Source: an uncultured archaeon (lineage in GTDB: Archaea > Asgardarchaeota > Heimdallarchaeia > Heimdallarchaeales > Kariarchaeaceae). From it: a stretch of DNA of 64,000 bases. Position 1 is the stretch's first letter; each line of letters begins with the position of its first letter. This document shows positions 31,269 through 41,512 of this stretch, piece after piece. The stretch is from assembly GCA_964645535.1 (NCBI GenBank), contig CAZYCQ010000007.1, positions 1 to 64,000 on the forward strand. The letters run 5' to 3'. The position numbers and the translations under genes are program-made. The notes below the pieces were generated by a model that was given only the letters and a program-made list of their open reading frames with translations, was not told the origin of the DNA and did no database searches.

Positions 31269-31603
31269 GGTAATGGCAACTGCCGCACCCAGTATTGGAG
31301 TGAATGATTCTACCAGCATAAAATTTTCAATTCCAATAGTGAATCAACAATGGACAAGTATGGGTTGGCTTTTCTGGGTACAAAATCGCAAGGATGGACA
31401 AAAAAGGATGTGTTTTCCGTCTGAAACATTCACCTGATCTCCGCACAAAATTTCATGTATTTTTTAGTGGTTTATGCAATCTACACGATAGATAACTTGT
31501 CGGATTTCGATCTAATTTCCCATCCCCATTTTGCTTGCAGTAAGTATAAAATCACTAACGGCTGACAAAATTCATTTTTAAACGGTACTGATCGAATGCA
31601 TTC

Positions 31604-32518
31604 ATGGAATATTCTGTAGGGTTCGTGGTCAATCCAGAAAGTCGAGGGGGAGAGACCGGCCGCACTTGGGAGAAAAAACTGAAGGTGATTGAGCGTGAGC
31701 TGAAGCATCCGTTTGAGTACAGGATTGCGGAGGGTATCGGAACGGGTGTGGTTGCCACAAAGGATCTCATTGCCGAGGGGCATAACCTCATTGTTGCGGT
31801 AGGTGGAGAGGGGACTGCTAATGAAGTGGTCAACGGGATCATGGAATCTGGAAAGGATGTTGCTTTAGGGTTTATCAGGTCAGGGACGGTGAACGACTAC
31901 CTGAAGGTGATTGGCTGGCCTCATTCCCTTGAGGAACAAATTGGTCTGCTGAACCGCGGTGAAACACGAAGGACGCCGGTGACGCGGAGCGAGGCAGTGG
32001 GTGAGGCTACCCGTTACGGGCTGAATGTGGCTGACATCGGCATCGGCACGTCTATCTCCTATGATGCATCTGTCAAGCGCTCGATCACCTGGATCAAGTC
32101 AGGATTGAGATACACGCTGCTCGCCCTGAAGGCGATTCTTAAATGGAAGAACCTTCCCGTTGTAATCCGGACGGACGATGAGACCATTGAAGGGGATTTA
32201 ACGTTGTTCATGGCAGGTTACTCCAACGAATCGGGTGCGTACCGTGTTCTTCCGCAGGCGAATCCTTGGGGTATCAAGATGGCGTATATGGCTGCCATGG
32301 GGTTTTCGAAGCTTTCCATGCTGCGGCTAATGGGTGTGCTGAAAAAGGGGGGACATGAAGGGTACAAAAATGTGTATCTGGGATTTACCCAAAAAATTGA
32401 GCTGGAGAGTGAGGTTCCTTTGATGGTTGAGGTTGATGGTGAGGTCTTCGGTTTCAATACGCAGAAAGTAATTGTGGAGGGTGTTCCTGAGGCTATTCCG
32501 GTCATATCTACCGAATAG
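31604..32518 (+). CDS. Diacylglycerol/lipid kinase family protein (YegS/BmrU-like)
   Basis: VVNPESRGG, AVGGEGTANEVVNG, SGTVND, EVDGE motifs. Confidence 0.88.
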   Translation: MEYSVGFVVNPESRGGETGRTWEKKLKVIERELKHPFEYRIAEGIGTGVVATKDLIAEGHNLIVAVGGEGTANEVVNGIMESGKDVALGFIRSGTVNDYLKVIGWPHSLEEQIGLLNRGETRRTPVTRSEAVGEATRYGLNVADIGIGTSISYDASVKRSITWIKSGLRYTLLALKAILKWKNLPVVIRTDDETIEGDLTLFMAGYSNESGAYRVLPQANPWGIKMAYMAAMGFSKLSMLRLMGVLKKGGHEGYKNVYLGFTQKIELESEVPLMVEVDGEVFGFNTQKVIVEGVPEAIPVISTE

Positions 32519-32576
32519 GTTGACATCTCTTCTCCAGTGAACAGATTAAAGTACTTGACTGGTATGAATCCTATAT

Positions 32577-33776
32577 ATGGCTCTCTTTTCTCGTCTCTAT
32601 GAGTTGCAGGTAAGGCAAATCCCCTTTCTTCATCTGGTTGAACTTCTGGGCATTCTAAATCTTTTCACTCCTGTGTCGATTTTGGTCTTGTTTGGCTTTT
32701 CTGAAATCTTTGGATGGAGCCTTTCGGACTGGCTCTTTTTTCTCTCGGTGATTCCTGTTCCTGGATTACTTGGCATCCTACTTGTGTTGTTGCTTTTCGG
32801 TCATTCGGATTTTCGGTTCTGGTCAAGTTTCCACGTTTATGTGCTTTGGGTCGAGAGTGCTGTTCTGACCTTTGCCGTTGCCGGAACGCTCGACGGTTTT
32901 TCTCTTGCTTCTGCGCAGTTGTCTTTTTTGGTTCTGTATTTTGTCGTAACCATTCTGCTTGGTATGGCTTCATATCTGAATCTGCTTGCCAATCCCATCA
33001 AAAGCATCAATATGGTTGAACATGTGGGAGATTCTCTCATCTCGGGTAATTTTGATGTGAAGGTCTCGGACACTTCTCTTTTAGAGGACCAGTTTTTCCG
33101 CCCTTCATTTGATCTCTTGCAGCAATCCCTTTATTTCACGAATCAATTGATCGGTCAGCAGAGAGCTGCTTCGCATCTGCTTTCTGACACTTCTTCCCAA
33201 ATTCGGAAGATGACTGAAAGTCTTTTCCGTTCAGTTGACGAGATAGCTGCCTCATTGAGGGATCTTACCATGGCATCTGCGGATCACAGCATTCAACTGT
33301 CGAAAATTGTTTCTGACCTGACCAAATTCGAGAGCTTGCTGGTCGGCGTCCTTGAGGAAGTCCACCAGCTTTCCAAAAGAAGCAATGAACTGGCGGTGCA
33401 GACTGCTGTTCTTGCATTGAATGCCGAAATTGAAGCCTCGCGTGCAGGTGACTACGGCAGGGGATTCAAGGTAGTGGCCTCAAATATGCGTGCATTTGCG
33501 GAAGCCATGGGTTCAAATGCCAAGAAGGTAACGGAGTTCACCAAGTCCATTGACGAGGCATTCCGTTCATTCTATGATGGTTTTTCTCAGCAGATGGAAT
33601 CTGCCTCAAGCTTCTCAGAGGAGAATGCCGCAGTCACTGAAGAGGTTCTTGCCACTTCAGAAACGATTCTGAAGCTTACTGCTGCGCTCAAGGATGTCTC
33701 AGTTGAATTGGATCTTCGATCTTCTGAACTGCTGGAATCCTTACCTTCCGGGGAAATTGCGCATAGTAATGACTAA
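32577..33776 (+). CDS. Methyl-accepting chemotaxis-like protein
   Basis: N-terminal TMs; signalling tip [28 protein letters not shown]. Confidence 0.85.
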   Translation: MALFSRLYELQVRQIPFLHLVELLGILNLFTPVSILVLFGFSEIFGWSLSDWLFFLSVIPVPGLLGILLVLLLFGHSDFRFWSSFHVYVLWVESAVLTFAVAGTLDGFSLASAQLSFLVLYFVVTILLGMASYLNLLANPIKSINMVEHVGDSLISGNFDVKVSDTSLLEDQFFRPSFDLLQQSLYFTNQLIGQQRAASHLLSDTSSQIRKMTESLFRSVDEIAASLRDLTMASADHSIQLSKIVSDLTKFESLLVGVLEEVHQLSKRSNELAVQTAVLALNAEIEASRAGDYGRGFKVVASNMRAFAEAMGSNAKKVTEFTKSIDEAFRSFYDGFSQQMESASSFSEENAAVTEEVLATSETILKLTAALKDVSVELDLRSSELLESLPSGEIAHSND

Positions 33777-33904
33777 ACGCCATTTCAATAGGCTCCAAAT
33801 GACTTGGGTATGCGTCCATCAATTCTGCTCGTTTCATGATAAACTGCTAAATTCCTTGAAATTACAATTTATGGGTCGATTTTGAATTAAATGTGTTGTT
33901 CAAT

Positions 33905-36900
33905 CTATATCTTTCTTTTCTTTTTGATGATGACTACTGTTGCAAAGCCTGCAAGTGCAATTTGCCAATCAAGGGCCGGCAGTCCGAATTCAGGTGCGGC
34001 AAGCGAGGATGTTCTTCCATTGCTCACAAGGATGGTGATGCTGACTGTTGCAGAATTCAAACTGGTATCGACTGCCTTGAAGGTGAAGGTATATTCTCCA
34101 TCAACCACCTGTGTTGAATCCCAATCGTACACGTAGTTCCCTGAGGAATCCTGTTGCATGACTTCTTGGGATCCGTCATGGAGCTGGATGGTAACTTGCT
34201 GAAGTTCGACGTCATCAGATGCTGCCACTTCAAAAGTGACCGTTCCGCTTACATTTGCTCCATCTGCTGGATTGAGGACGGATATGGTCGGTGGTGTTGT
34301 ATCTGTGGTTGGAGGGGCAATACCTATGGTTGTCAGTATGCGTGTCTCAGATACGACCGTATGCTCGTTTTCGTCGACATCGACTGCAACCACACTCCAT
34401 GATAGGTTACCTAGTGGCAGATTTCCGAGGTTCAGGGTGATTTCATAATTTCCTGTTGTATCGTTGTAGGTCATCAACAGGGACTGTCCACTGATTTCAA
34501 GACTGACTGACTTGAGACCCCAATCATCCGTTACGGTTGCTTCAAATTTCATCATGGGTGTTTCAGTGACATTGACGGTTGTTCCATCAGCTGGGCTGAT
34601 CAATGAAATCGTTGGGGGATTGCCGGTCTTCAGGTTATCAATTTTCACCCGGATTGTGGATCTGCTCCAATGTCCATCCATATCAAGTACTTCTACTGTG
34701 AAGGAGATGACTTGGTTCTCAAAGCCTTGTGTCAGGGTATCGAATTGAACACTGTACTCGCTCACCTCCATGCCGTTAACAGTCGTCACGGAAATGGGTT
34801 CGACTGCATTGCCGCCGAGATCCTTCCAGAAGATGACGGCGTATGCACCCACATCATCGGTCACTGTGAAATTGATGTTGGCGATTCCCTCAATGGTACT
34901 GTCATTAGTCAATTGCCAAGTTATGTCTGCTGGTTGATAGCTTTCATTGTAGTTGTCAATGACAATGCTTCCCCCTGCAAATCCTTCATTTCCGGCATTG
35001 TCTCTGATCCGGACATCGAAATTCCATCTCCCGTCCGGTAATGTGCTCGTATCAAGGAAGGTCTCCCAAACTTCATTTTCTGGTGTTGAGTAGGTGGTGT
35101 TTGGTGTGAACCCTACAGGCACATTGAACAGGGGATGGTCTGCTGGAGCATCATCTCTGAACAAGGTTCCTGTAACATTGTTGATGCCACTGGATGGGAA
35201 TCTTGGTACCCAATCAGTTCCGTTCCAGTATGAGTCTCTTGAGTCCCAAGTTTCAACGGCAAAACGTTCAGTTCCATGGACTACATTGTTGCTTTCATCA
35301 AGATAGTCAAATTCATCATAGAAGGTAGATCCTCCACTTCCGCTAGCAATATACATGTAGCCCCATGGCTCCTCCAGATCCTCATTGTCGGTAAGGAATG
35401 TGTTGTTGAAGGTTATTGATGCACCTGTGAAGTTTCCAACGACATTTCCTTGCTCATCTGTTAATTTGGGATTTTGCGTATATATGCTGATGTCGTATGC
35501 TAGGTATTGCAGTTTCCATTGATCTACCCATCTGCCTGATGACCATCCAATGCCATTGTTTGTGTCTGGGACAAAGGTCACATTTTCCAGATCTCCTTGG
35601 AAAGGAACATGAACACTGATGTGAAATTCCTCTGTTTCATTGTTCCATGGAATCGTTCCTCCTAAGGAGAAAATAGGTAGGTCAAACAAATCAATGGTGA
35701 ACAATTGATTGACCCCTTGGGGGAATGAAGGCACTGCATTGGCGATTGCATCATCAAGAGCGTAGAAACCTAATGAAATGTATGAAGCAAGTCCCCAACG
35801 ATCGGGTGTCATCCACCATGTAAGATATCCCACCTCAGTTAGATTGATGGCTTGCCAAGATGCAGAATGGGAATAGACATATGATGAAGTAATCATATTG
35901 ATCAATTCTGTCTGATTGACAGATCCATACATTGTCACTTTGGTGGCATCAACCCATCGATCTTTTATCCAATATGTTGTATTGTCAATATAATTTGACG
36001 AGAATGTAACGCCAAGGGATTCAAGCTCATTCATGATTTTTTCTGCTGTGGCGTTTGCGGCACTTGTTCCGGTGGAACTGTTGAAATACACATCCATCCA
36101 CATTCCAGAACTTCCTGGAATTGCAGTCTTGAGGTGATTTGCGCGGAAGTTGACGGCAAGGACTGATGAATAGAGTGAATCATTTCCGACAAGAAGGTTT
36201 TGAGTCAAACCAGCTCTGTCCTTTCCGCGTACCTCCAATTGGGTGTTGACGTATCCTTTTCCATCCACTCTAAACCATAGGTTGTCGACATTCCTCCAGC
36301 TATATTGGGTGAATGTATAATCAAAACCGATAGTAATGTCAGAATAATTTCCTCCTGAAAGCTTGGCATTTATGGACCAAGCGTCATATTGGTTTTGTTG
36401 TTCCGGTGATGGATGGTAGTCAATATAGACTTGAGAGTCACTGCTGTTGCCGACAGAATAACTGACATTTTCCACATTTGGGAGGCTGTGGGAAAGGGTC
36501 AAATTTCCTAAGTTTGACGGGGCAAGCCAATCGACTCTTGCCAATTCCTTGACAGAAAGAACATGTCCTCCTATCTGATTCTGAATCTCATCTTGATAAT
36601 GAATCCCAAATGAACCAGCAATCTCATTGCCTTCCCTCCAAAACGAGACATCAATTCCTGTGGATGGAAATGGATCGATAGTGGCTGCCAATCCTCCATT
36701 TTCTCGTGGGATGGATCGATTGATGATCTCTTTGAAATTTGTCCAATCCACATGTCCTGAAAATTGAACTGTGGTTATTTGTACCCATTGATTACCGTTC
36801 CACTGGTCATAGCCTGATGAACCTTCCATCACGATATCCCATGCCGCAACGTAGCCACTGAAGAAATTGACCATCTGATTTGCCAAGGATTCAGCTGAAG

Positions 36901-37246
36901 CAGGATCATTGGTCTCGAATTCCAATGAAATCCACAGGTTGCGGTCTGTTGGACTGTTGGATTGATATGTATTGAGATAGCCCCACCTGAAACTGCTGAA
37001 TTCCGGAGGCGAAAGGAGTGAATCCATATCCAACTGGTCGAGTTCTACCTCTGCTCCTTCAAGACGAACATCGGTATAAATATATCCATCTGGACTGACT
37101 CCTGTATAGATATTCTCGTGATACCACAATGTGGTCTGTTGGCTCTTAATGGAGACCACTTGTGCTGACTGTTCTCCCACCGCTGGTGCAGTGAAGATAA
37201 ACATAGAAATTACCAATACAGAAATGATTAGCTTTGCTTTCATCAT
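33905..37246 (-). CDS. Large surface glycoprotein with C-terminal Ig-like domains and PEFG-type anchor
   Basis: Signal peptide; DTTPPTISVLNPADGANVSGTVTF Ig repeats; APEFG plus TM plus KKKRKI. Confidence 0.82.
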   Translation of the reverse strand: MMKAKLIISVLVISMFIFTAPAVGEQSAQVVSIKSQQTTLWYHENIYTGVSPDGYIYTDVRLEGAEVELDQLDMDSLLSPPEFSSFRWGYLNTYQSNSPTDRNLWISLEFETNDPASAESLANQMVNFFSGYVAAWDIVMEGSSGYDQWNGNQWVQITTVQFSGHVDWTNFKEIINRSIPRENGGLAATIDPFPSTGIDVSFWREGNEIAGSFGIHYQDEIQNQIGGHVLSVKELARVDWLAPSNLGNLTLSHSLPNVENVSYSVGNSSDSQVYIDYHPSPEQQNQYDAWSINAKLSGGNYSDITIGFDYTFTQYSWRNVDNLWFRVDGKGYVNTQLEVRGKDRAGLTQNLLVGNDSLYSSVLAVNFRANHLKTAIPGSSGMWMDVYFNSSTGTSAANATAEKIMNELESLGVTFSSNYIDNTTYWIKDRWVDATKVTMYGSVNQTELINMITSSYVYSHSASWQAINLTEVGYLTWWMTPDRWGLASYISLGFYALDDAIANAVPSFPQGVNQLFTIDLFDLPIFSLGGTIPWNNETEEFHISVHVPFQGDLENVTFVPDTNNGIGWSSGRWVDQWKLQYLAYDISIYTQNPKLTDEQGNVVGNFTGASITFNNTFLTDNEDLEEPWGYMYIASGSGGSTFYDEFDYLDESNNVVHGTERFAVETWDSRDSYWNGTDWVPRFPSSGINNVTGTLFRDDAPADHPLFNVPVGFTPNTTYSTPENEVWETFLDTSTLPDGRWNFDVRIRDNAGNEGFAGGSIVIDNYNESYQPADITWQLTNDSTIEGIANINFTVTDDVGAYAVIFWKDLGGNAVEPISVTTVNGMEVSEYSVQFDTLTQGFENQVISFTVEVLDMDGHWSRSTIRVKIDNLKTGNPPTISLISPADGTTVNVTETPMMKFEATVTDDWGLKSVSLEISGQSLLMTYNDTTGNYEITLNLGNLPLGNLSWSVVAVDVDENEHTVVSETRILTTIGIAPPTTDTTPPTISVLNPADGANVSGTVTFEVAASDDVELQQVTIQLHDGSQEVMQQDSSGNYVYDWDSTQVVDGEYTFTFKAVDTSLNSATVSITILVSNGRTSSLAAPEFGLPALDWQIALAGFATVVIIKKKRKI

Positions 37247-37315
37247 CTAATTTATTCTTCTTAAAGTATTAAAACCTAGTTGAACATTGTTAATGAAATT
37301 GTGGTGGATATTTAT

Positions 37316-38077
37316 TTAATGCAGAGGGAGCTCAATTGGATCAAATTCAATTGCATCGGCAGACACACAATAAATTGGGATTTTCTTCACATTGACAGGA
37401 TTCTCAATTCGATAGGTATGTACATGCCCACAAACAATTATTGAAGGAGAATATTCTGAAATCAAATCGAACATCCGATCATCAAATATTTCTTGGTACC
37501 CTGCATCTCCTGGATTGCAGTCCGGGAGCTTTCCTTTGAATCCTCGTTTTATTTCTTCTGTCGGAGGAAAATGTGTCAGCACAATCAATCTATCCACTTC
37601 GGGAAGGCTATCCAGCGATTTTTTCATCAGGTTCAGTTCCCTGTCCAATATTTTGTCATCATTTTCCCTTCCCCTTCGGCTCCAGCCACGGGTGCCTGCA
37701 ATACCGATCTTTAATTCGTTGGCTTCCAAAAGCAGTGAATTTTTGTGAATTATCCTGATCCAAGAGGTGTTATTATCCAATCTTTCAAGAAACGCTCTCG
37801 CCTTTCTCTCATTTTTGAGACTGAAATCATGGTTTCCCTTAACTATCACCTTGAGACCCGGAAGAGAGGCAAGAAATTCGTAATCTGGTCGGGATTCGTC
37901 CAAATTTTTTCCCCAACTGATGTCTCCAGGCATCAACATTACATCTTCAGTTTTCACCTTTCTTTTCCAATTTTCCTCGATCTTTCTGGTGTGGTTTTCC
38001 CAGTTTCTGCCGAATTTGGTCATACTTTTCCCTAACGCGGAAGGAAGATGCAGGTCACTAATCGCCCAAATTTGCAT
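37316..38077 (-). CDS. Calcineurin-like metallophosphoesterase
   Basis: ISDLH, PGDISW, KGNHD, HFPP, GHVH motifs. Confidence 0.9.
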   Translation of the reverse strand: MQIWAISDLHLPSALGKSMTKFGRNWENHTRKIEENWKRKVKTEDVMLMPGDISWGKNLDESRPDYEFLASLPGLKVIVKGNHDFSLKNERKARAFLERLDNNTSWIRIIHKNSLLLEANELKIGIAGTRGWSRRGRENDDKILDRELNLMKKSLDSLPEVDRLIVLTHFPPTEEIKRGFKGKLPDCNPGDAGYQEIFDDRMFDLISEYSPSIIVCGHVHTYRIENPVNVKKIPIYCVSADAIEFDPIELPLH

Positions 38078-38160
38078 ATGTCTCACCTTGCAAAATACCA
38101 AATAAACCATTGGGGATTACATCCATGTACTTATATATGTGAAGAAAAATTTGAGATTGC

Positions 38161-38294
38161 CTACCCATGATCGGAGCACATGCCTCACTAGCATTTCATC
38201 CAAATACATGCTAGCTGAAGCTCCATCAGACTGGGTAGAACCTAACTTCTCTCCATTTTCTCCATTTTTCCCGTTTTGCTCGGTCTGAGGGTAG
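38161..38294 (+). ncRNA. Candidate structured leader or sRNA upstream of an MFS gene
   Basis: Nested stems CTACCCA/TGGGTAG, TGAT/ATCA, GGAGC/GCTCC, CTAGCAT/ATGCTAG; TTATATA about 25-30 nt upstream; alternative pairing with 38283-38294. Confidence 0.45.
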
Positions 38295-38309
38295 TAGGAT
38301 GTAGTAAAG

Positions 38310-39485
38310 ATGAACTTCAAAAGAAACAGGATGCTGTTCTATCTCCAATCTGTTGATGTACTGGGAATGTCCATCCCAACCATCTACCTCATTTGGCAGA
38401 GGGCTGGACTTGACCTAGCTGACATCCTCCTACTGCAGGGTATATTTGGCCTGTTTGTGCTCCTTCTGGAGTATCCTTCAGGCATCCTTGCAGACAGGTT
38501 CGGAAGACGAAACGCAGTTGCAATCGGTAAAGGATTCACCGCCTTGGGTCTCATAGGCTACATGATGGGGTCTTCCCTTGTCCACTTCGTCTTCATCGAA
38601 CTGATCTTTGCTGTAGGACTTGCGGCAGTTTCAGGTGCCAATATCGCCTTCATTTGGGATTCTGCCATCGAAGCAGGAGAAGAACCCCATGCCAAGGAAA
38701 TCGTCAACACAGGGATCATGATCACCACCGGAAGCAACATGACCCTCCTGTTGATTGGGGTCGGACTGATGCTTATCAACGCCTACCTCCCAATCTATAT
38801 CGGCATCGTTTATCTCTGTGTCTTGGCAATTGTCCTCCTTATGGGAGATGAACCCAAAAAGGTGACTCTTCTCTCCGCTGGAAAGATATTGAAGCAATCA
38901 ACCAAATACCTCGGTCAGCGAAAATTCATTGAAGTTGTTGTCATCTCGGCAATCACCATGATCTCCTTGAGAATCGCCTTCTGGGCATACATCCCCAAAC
39001 TTCAGGACAATCAAGTCCACGAGACATGGTACAGCGTCGTGCTCATGATGGCGAATATGGTGGCTTTCAGCACTGCAGCACTCCTGAGGAGAAAAAAGAC
39101 ATATTCATACCAATCAATGATGATTGCCTTTGCTGCTGCTGCTGTAGGTATAGGGATGTTCATCTTCAGGCTCAATGTGCTTGGGGTCATAATTGCCATA
39201 ATACTCCATCAGGTGGCAAGAGGGATTATTCCAACCCTTGCGGCCGTCATGGTCAATGAACTTGCAGATTCAGAGGTTAGGGCTTCTGTTCAATCACTGA
39301 AAAGTATGGTGACCAATCTTGCATACTTTGCAATTTCCTCACTGGCTTTCATTCCATTGGTTAAACCCCACATCATGATCCTGAACTTTGCCGTGGTCAT
39401 GGTCCTCATCCTATCCGCCCTGTTTCTCAGGGTTGCTGAAAGTAGCAGGAAAACAGTCAATCCAATTCCCCACTGGAAACCTTAA
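38310..39485 (+). CDS. MFS transporter
   Basis: EYPSGILADRFGRR motif A; about 12 TM; RASVQS. Confidence 0.87.
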   Translation: MNFKRNRMLFYLQSVDVLGMSIPTIYLIWQRAGLDLADILLLQGIFGLFVLLLEYPSGILADRFGRRNAVAIGKGFTALGLIGYMMGSSLVHFVFIELIFAVGLAAVSGANIAFIWDSAIEAGEEPHAKEIVNTGIMITTGSNMTLLLIGVGLMLINAYLPIYIGIVYLCVLAIVLLMGDEPKKVTLLSAGKILKQSTKYLGQRKFIEVVVISAITMISLRIAFWAYIPKLQDNQVHETWYSVVLMMANMVAFSTAALLRRKKTYSYQSMMIAFAAAAVGIGMFIFRLNVLGVIIAIILHQVARGIIPTLAAVMVNELADSEVRASVQSLKSMVTNLAYFAISSLAFIPLVKPHIMILNFAVVMVLILSALFLRVAESSRKTVNPIPHWKP

Positions 39486-39509
39486 TTCCTTTGAAAGAAC
39501 ATACAACTC

Positions 39510-40112
39510 ATGTCAAAAAAAAGTTCAAAGAAACTTGAGCAGATTGACTTAACCCAATTCCAAGAACCTTTGACGCAAGATCAGACACAGAAGCTTCTGG
39601 AACCCCTGAAAAAACGCTTCGAGGGCAATCAACGCGTTGAGGGGATCAAATGGGAGGACATTGAAGACAGGCTCAATAAGGCTCCAGATAAGCTGCGGAT
39701 CCTTCACGCGATGGAGATAACTGGAGGGGAACCTGACGTAATCGGCATCGAAAATGGTGAAATCATCTTCTGCGATTGCTCACCCGAATCTCCAAAGGGA
39801 AGAAGAAGCCTGACCTACGACCGAGAAGGGCAAACGGCCCGCGAAAAGAAAGGGATCTATCCCCCCGGAAATGCAGTCGGCATGGCCGAAGCTATGGGTA
39901 TCGACCTCCTGACTGAGGAAATGTACTTCCAACTCCAAAATGTCGGAAATTTCGATTCAAAAACATCAAGCTGGCTGAAAACTCCTGCAGAAATCAGAAA
40001 GTTGGGCGGTGCCATTTTCGGCGACTTCAGGTTCAATAGGGTATTCGTCTACCATAACACTACACAGAGCTTCTATAGCTCCAGAGGATTTCGAGGGATG
40101 CTGAGAGTATAG
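39510..40112 (+). CDS. DUF4256 family protein
   Basis: METGGEPDV, DCSPESPKGRRSL.YD, KTSSWLKTP..IRKLGGA.F.D.R..VFVYHN..SRGFRG. Confidence 0.85.
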   Translation: MSKKSSKKLEQIDLTQFQEPLTQDQTQKLLEPLKKRFEGNQRVEGIKWEDIEDRLNKAPDKLRILHAMEITGGEPDVIGIENGEIIFCDCSPESPKGRRSLTYDREGQTAREKKGIYPPGNAVGMAEAMGIDLLTEEMYFQLQNVGNFDSKTSSWLKTPAEIRKLGGAIFGDFRFNRVFVYHNTTQSFYSSRGFRGMLRV

Positions 40113-40135
40113 ATCCTCTTTTCCCCACTTCTTAC

Positions 40136-40243
40136 TTATGCCAACCTGTAAAGAAGAAATTTGGCTTTCTCCATCTCAATTGCCTTCTGGAGATCAATCT
40201 TCCTCTTCAAGTCGGTAATTTTGGTTCTGTCTTTGTTTTCCAT
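40136..40243 (-). CDS. Small 35-aa protein (not in ORF track)
   Basis: MENKDRTKITDLKRKIDLQKAIEMEKAKFLLYRLA*, preceded by SD-like AGGTG; fills an intergenic gap. Confidence 0.5.
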   Translation of the reverse strand: MENKDRTKITDLKRKIDLQKAIEMEKAKFLLYRLA

Positions 40244-40365
40244 GTATTACACCTGAGCAATTCCTGCTCATACCAATATACTCACGCCTATAATATATCC
40301 AATCTCCAATCCCAATATGCATTTTTCCAACACTGCCGTACATCCTCCCATCCAAAAGTGTCCGC

Positions 40366-41148
40366 TTAAACCCTATGGTGAAACCGGCGAAGAATTATTA
40401 TCGGAAGGCCAATCATGGTCCAGATAGGAAATGGGCTTATGTCGGTCGAAGCAGTATAATCAGAATCAAGTACTGAAGTAATCGTCTTTATGACCTGTAC
40501 CTCAATCATATGCTCCGTAGGCAGATCTGTCTCGGAATCAAATACCCCAATGATCCCACGGTCTTCATACAAACGAAGGTATGCACCCTCTGGAACTGAA
40601 TCCGCATAGGGTACCAATACCTCCGAAGTCCTTCCGTGATCCACCCAGACCTGTTCCAAAATACTGGTGTTCCACTCTAACACCAACCAGCCAGGTCCAC
40701 CACTAATGACATCATGTGCAATCACACCTCCACTTGAAACCTCCACTGAAGCTATGCCGGAGCTCAATCTCTCTGTCACCATAAATGGTGGTGCCAGAAC
40801 GGATCCGTTCACAGTCACTGGAAAATCCTTCGTCAGCTCCCACTTGCCAACAAGACCAAGATCCTGGTGTAGCATCGCATACATCGTGTCCGTAACCAAA
40901 GAAAGATCCAGTTTGACCACCAAGGATTCCGTCACCCCTGGAAACAAACGCTCAATCCCAACAATCTCTCCCGGTTCACCATTAATGTCATTATGAATGA
41001 CCATCCATGCAGGACCATCATATTCTATCCGGTCTATGACAATAATATCATCCACCAAGGGTTGGGAAACTACCACCACCTCCTGACCAGGTGCACTTAT
41101 CATTGGGAAAATCAATAGCAAAGGCAAAAGAAAAACAAGCCGGCTCAT
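40366..41148 (-). CDS. Surface protein with two repeated beta domains and C-terminal anchor
   Basis: Signal peptide; internal duplication (GPAWMVIH..YAMLHQD.G / GPGWLVLE..YLRLYED.G); SPFP plus TM plus RRFHHR. Confidence 0.7.
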   Translation of the reverse strand: MSRLVFLLPLLLIFPMISAPGQEVVVVSQPLVDDIIVIDRIEYDGPAWMVIHNDINGEPGEIVGIERLFPGVTESLVVKLDLSLVTDTMYAMLHQDLGLVGKWELTKDFPVTVNGSVLAPPFMVTERLSSGIASVEVSSGGVIAHDVISGGPGWLVLEWNTSILEQVWVDHGRTSEVLVPYADSVPEGAYLRLYEDRGIIGVFDSETDLPTEHMIEVQVIKTITSVLDSDYTASTDISPFPIWTMIGLPIIILRRFHHRV

Positions 41149-41241
41149 AGATTAACAGATGGAAGGTGGCAAAAAAGGATATTGGTGCATAAAAAAATTG
41201 GTTTATTTAAAAAGAAGTTAGATGTGAATATGAGAAAAATA

Positions 41242-41316
41242 TGGGCTCGACCGGATTTGAACCGGTGACCCCCTCGGTGTAAGCGAGGTGCTATAACCAG
41301 GCTAAGCCACGAGCCC
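41242..41316 (-). tRNA. tRNA-Val (UAC)
   Basis: Reverse complement GGGCTCG..CCTCG-CTTACAC-CGAGG..ACCGG-TTCAAAT-CCGGT-CGAGCCC-A; no intron. Confidence 0.95.
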
Positions 41317-41384
41317 TTTTTCAGTACCTTTTGTATGATCGGATAATTTCGTATTCGATCTAAATTTTGTTGGGGTTGTTTTGG

Positions 41385-41399
41385 TTTAATCTTTTTCGG
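41385..41399 (-). promoter_or_regulatory. BRE+TATA promoter of tRNA-Val
   Basis: Minus strand CCGAAAAAGATTAAA, similar to the promoter of the other tRNA. Confidence 0.5.
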
Positions 41400-41512
41400 T
41401 AGTTCTGTTTTTTTTCAGTATGAATTTGTATTTTGATCATTCATTTGTTTTGTAAAATAAAGAAAATTTTTTAGAAGTGAATCTTTTTTTTGTTTAATTC
41501 GGGGTGCATTAA

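Larger units (their letters stand above)
23520..31500. mobile_element. Accessory island downstream of tRNA (no integrase or att repeat seen)
   Basis: Begins at the tRNA 3' end; carries RM, protease, orphan paralogs, a Uma2-like gene and long decayed intergenic stretches, unlike the compact flanks. Right boundary approximate. Confidence 0.5.

Noticed and set aside
31490-31520. GATAA..TTCGATCTAA similarity with 41342-41363
   Set aside because: Only a 10-nt exact match in AT-rich DNA; plausibly chance.
31270-31600. attR duplicate of the tRNA 3' end closing the island
   Set aside because: No copy of TCAAATCCCAGTAGGCCC seen; the boundary rests only on gene content.
38161-38238. Hairpin as hammerhead, SECIS or H/ACA RNA
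   Set aside because: Lacks a correctly placed CUGAUGA/GAAA core, tandem GA quartet or terminal ACA; no in-frame UGA selenoprotein candidate nearby.
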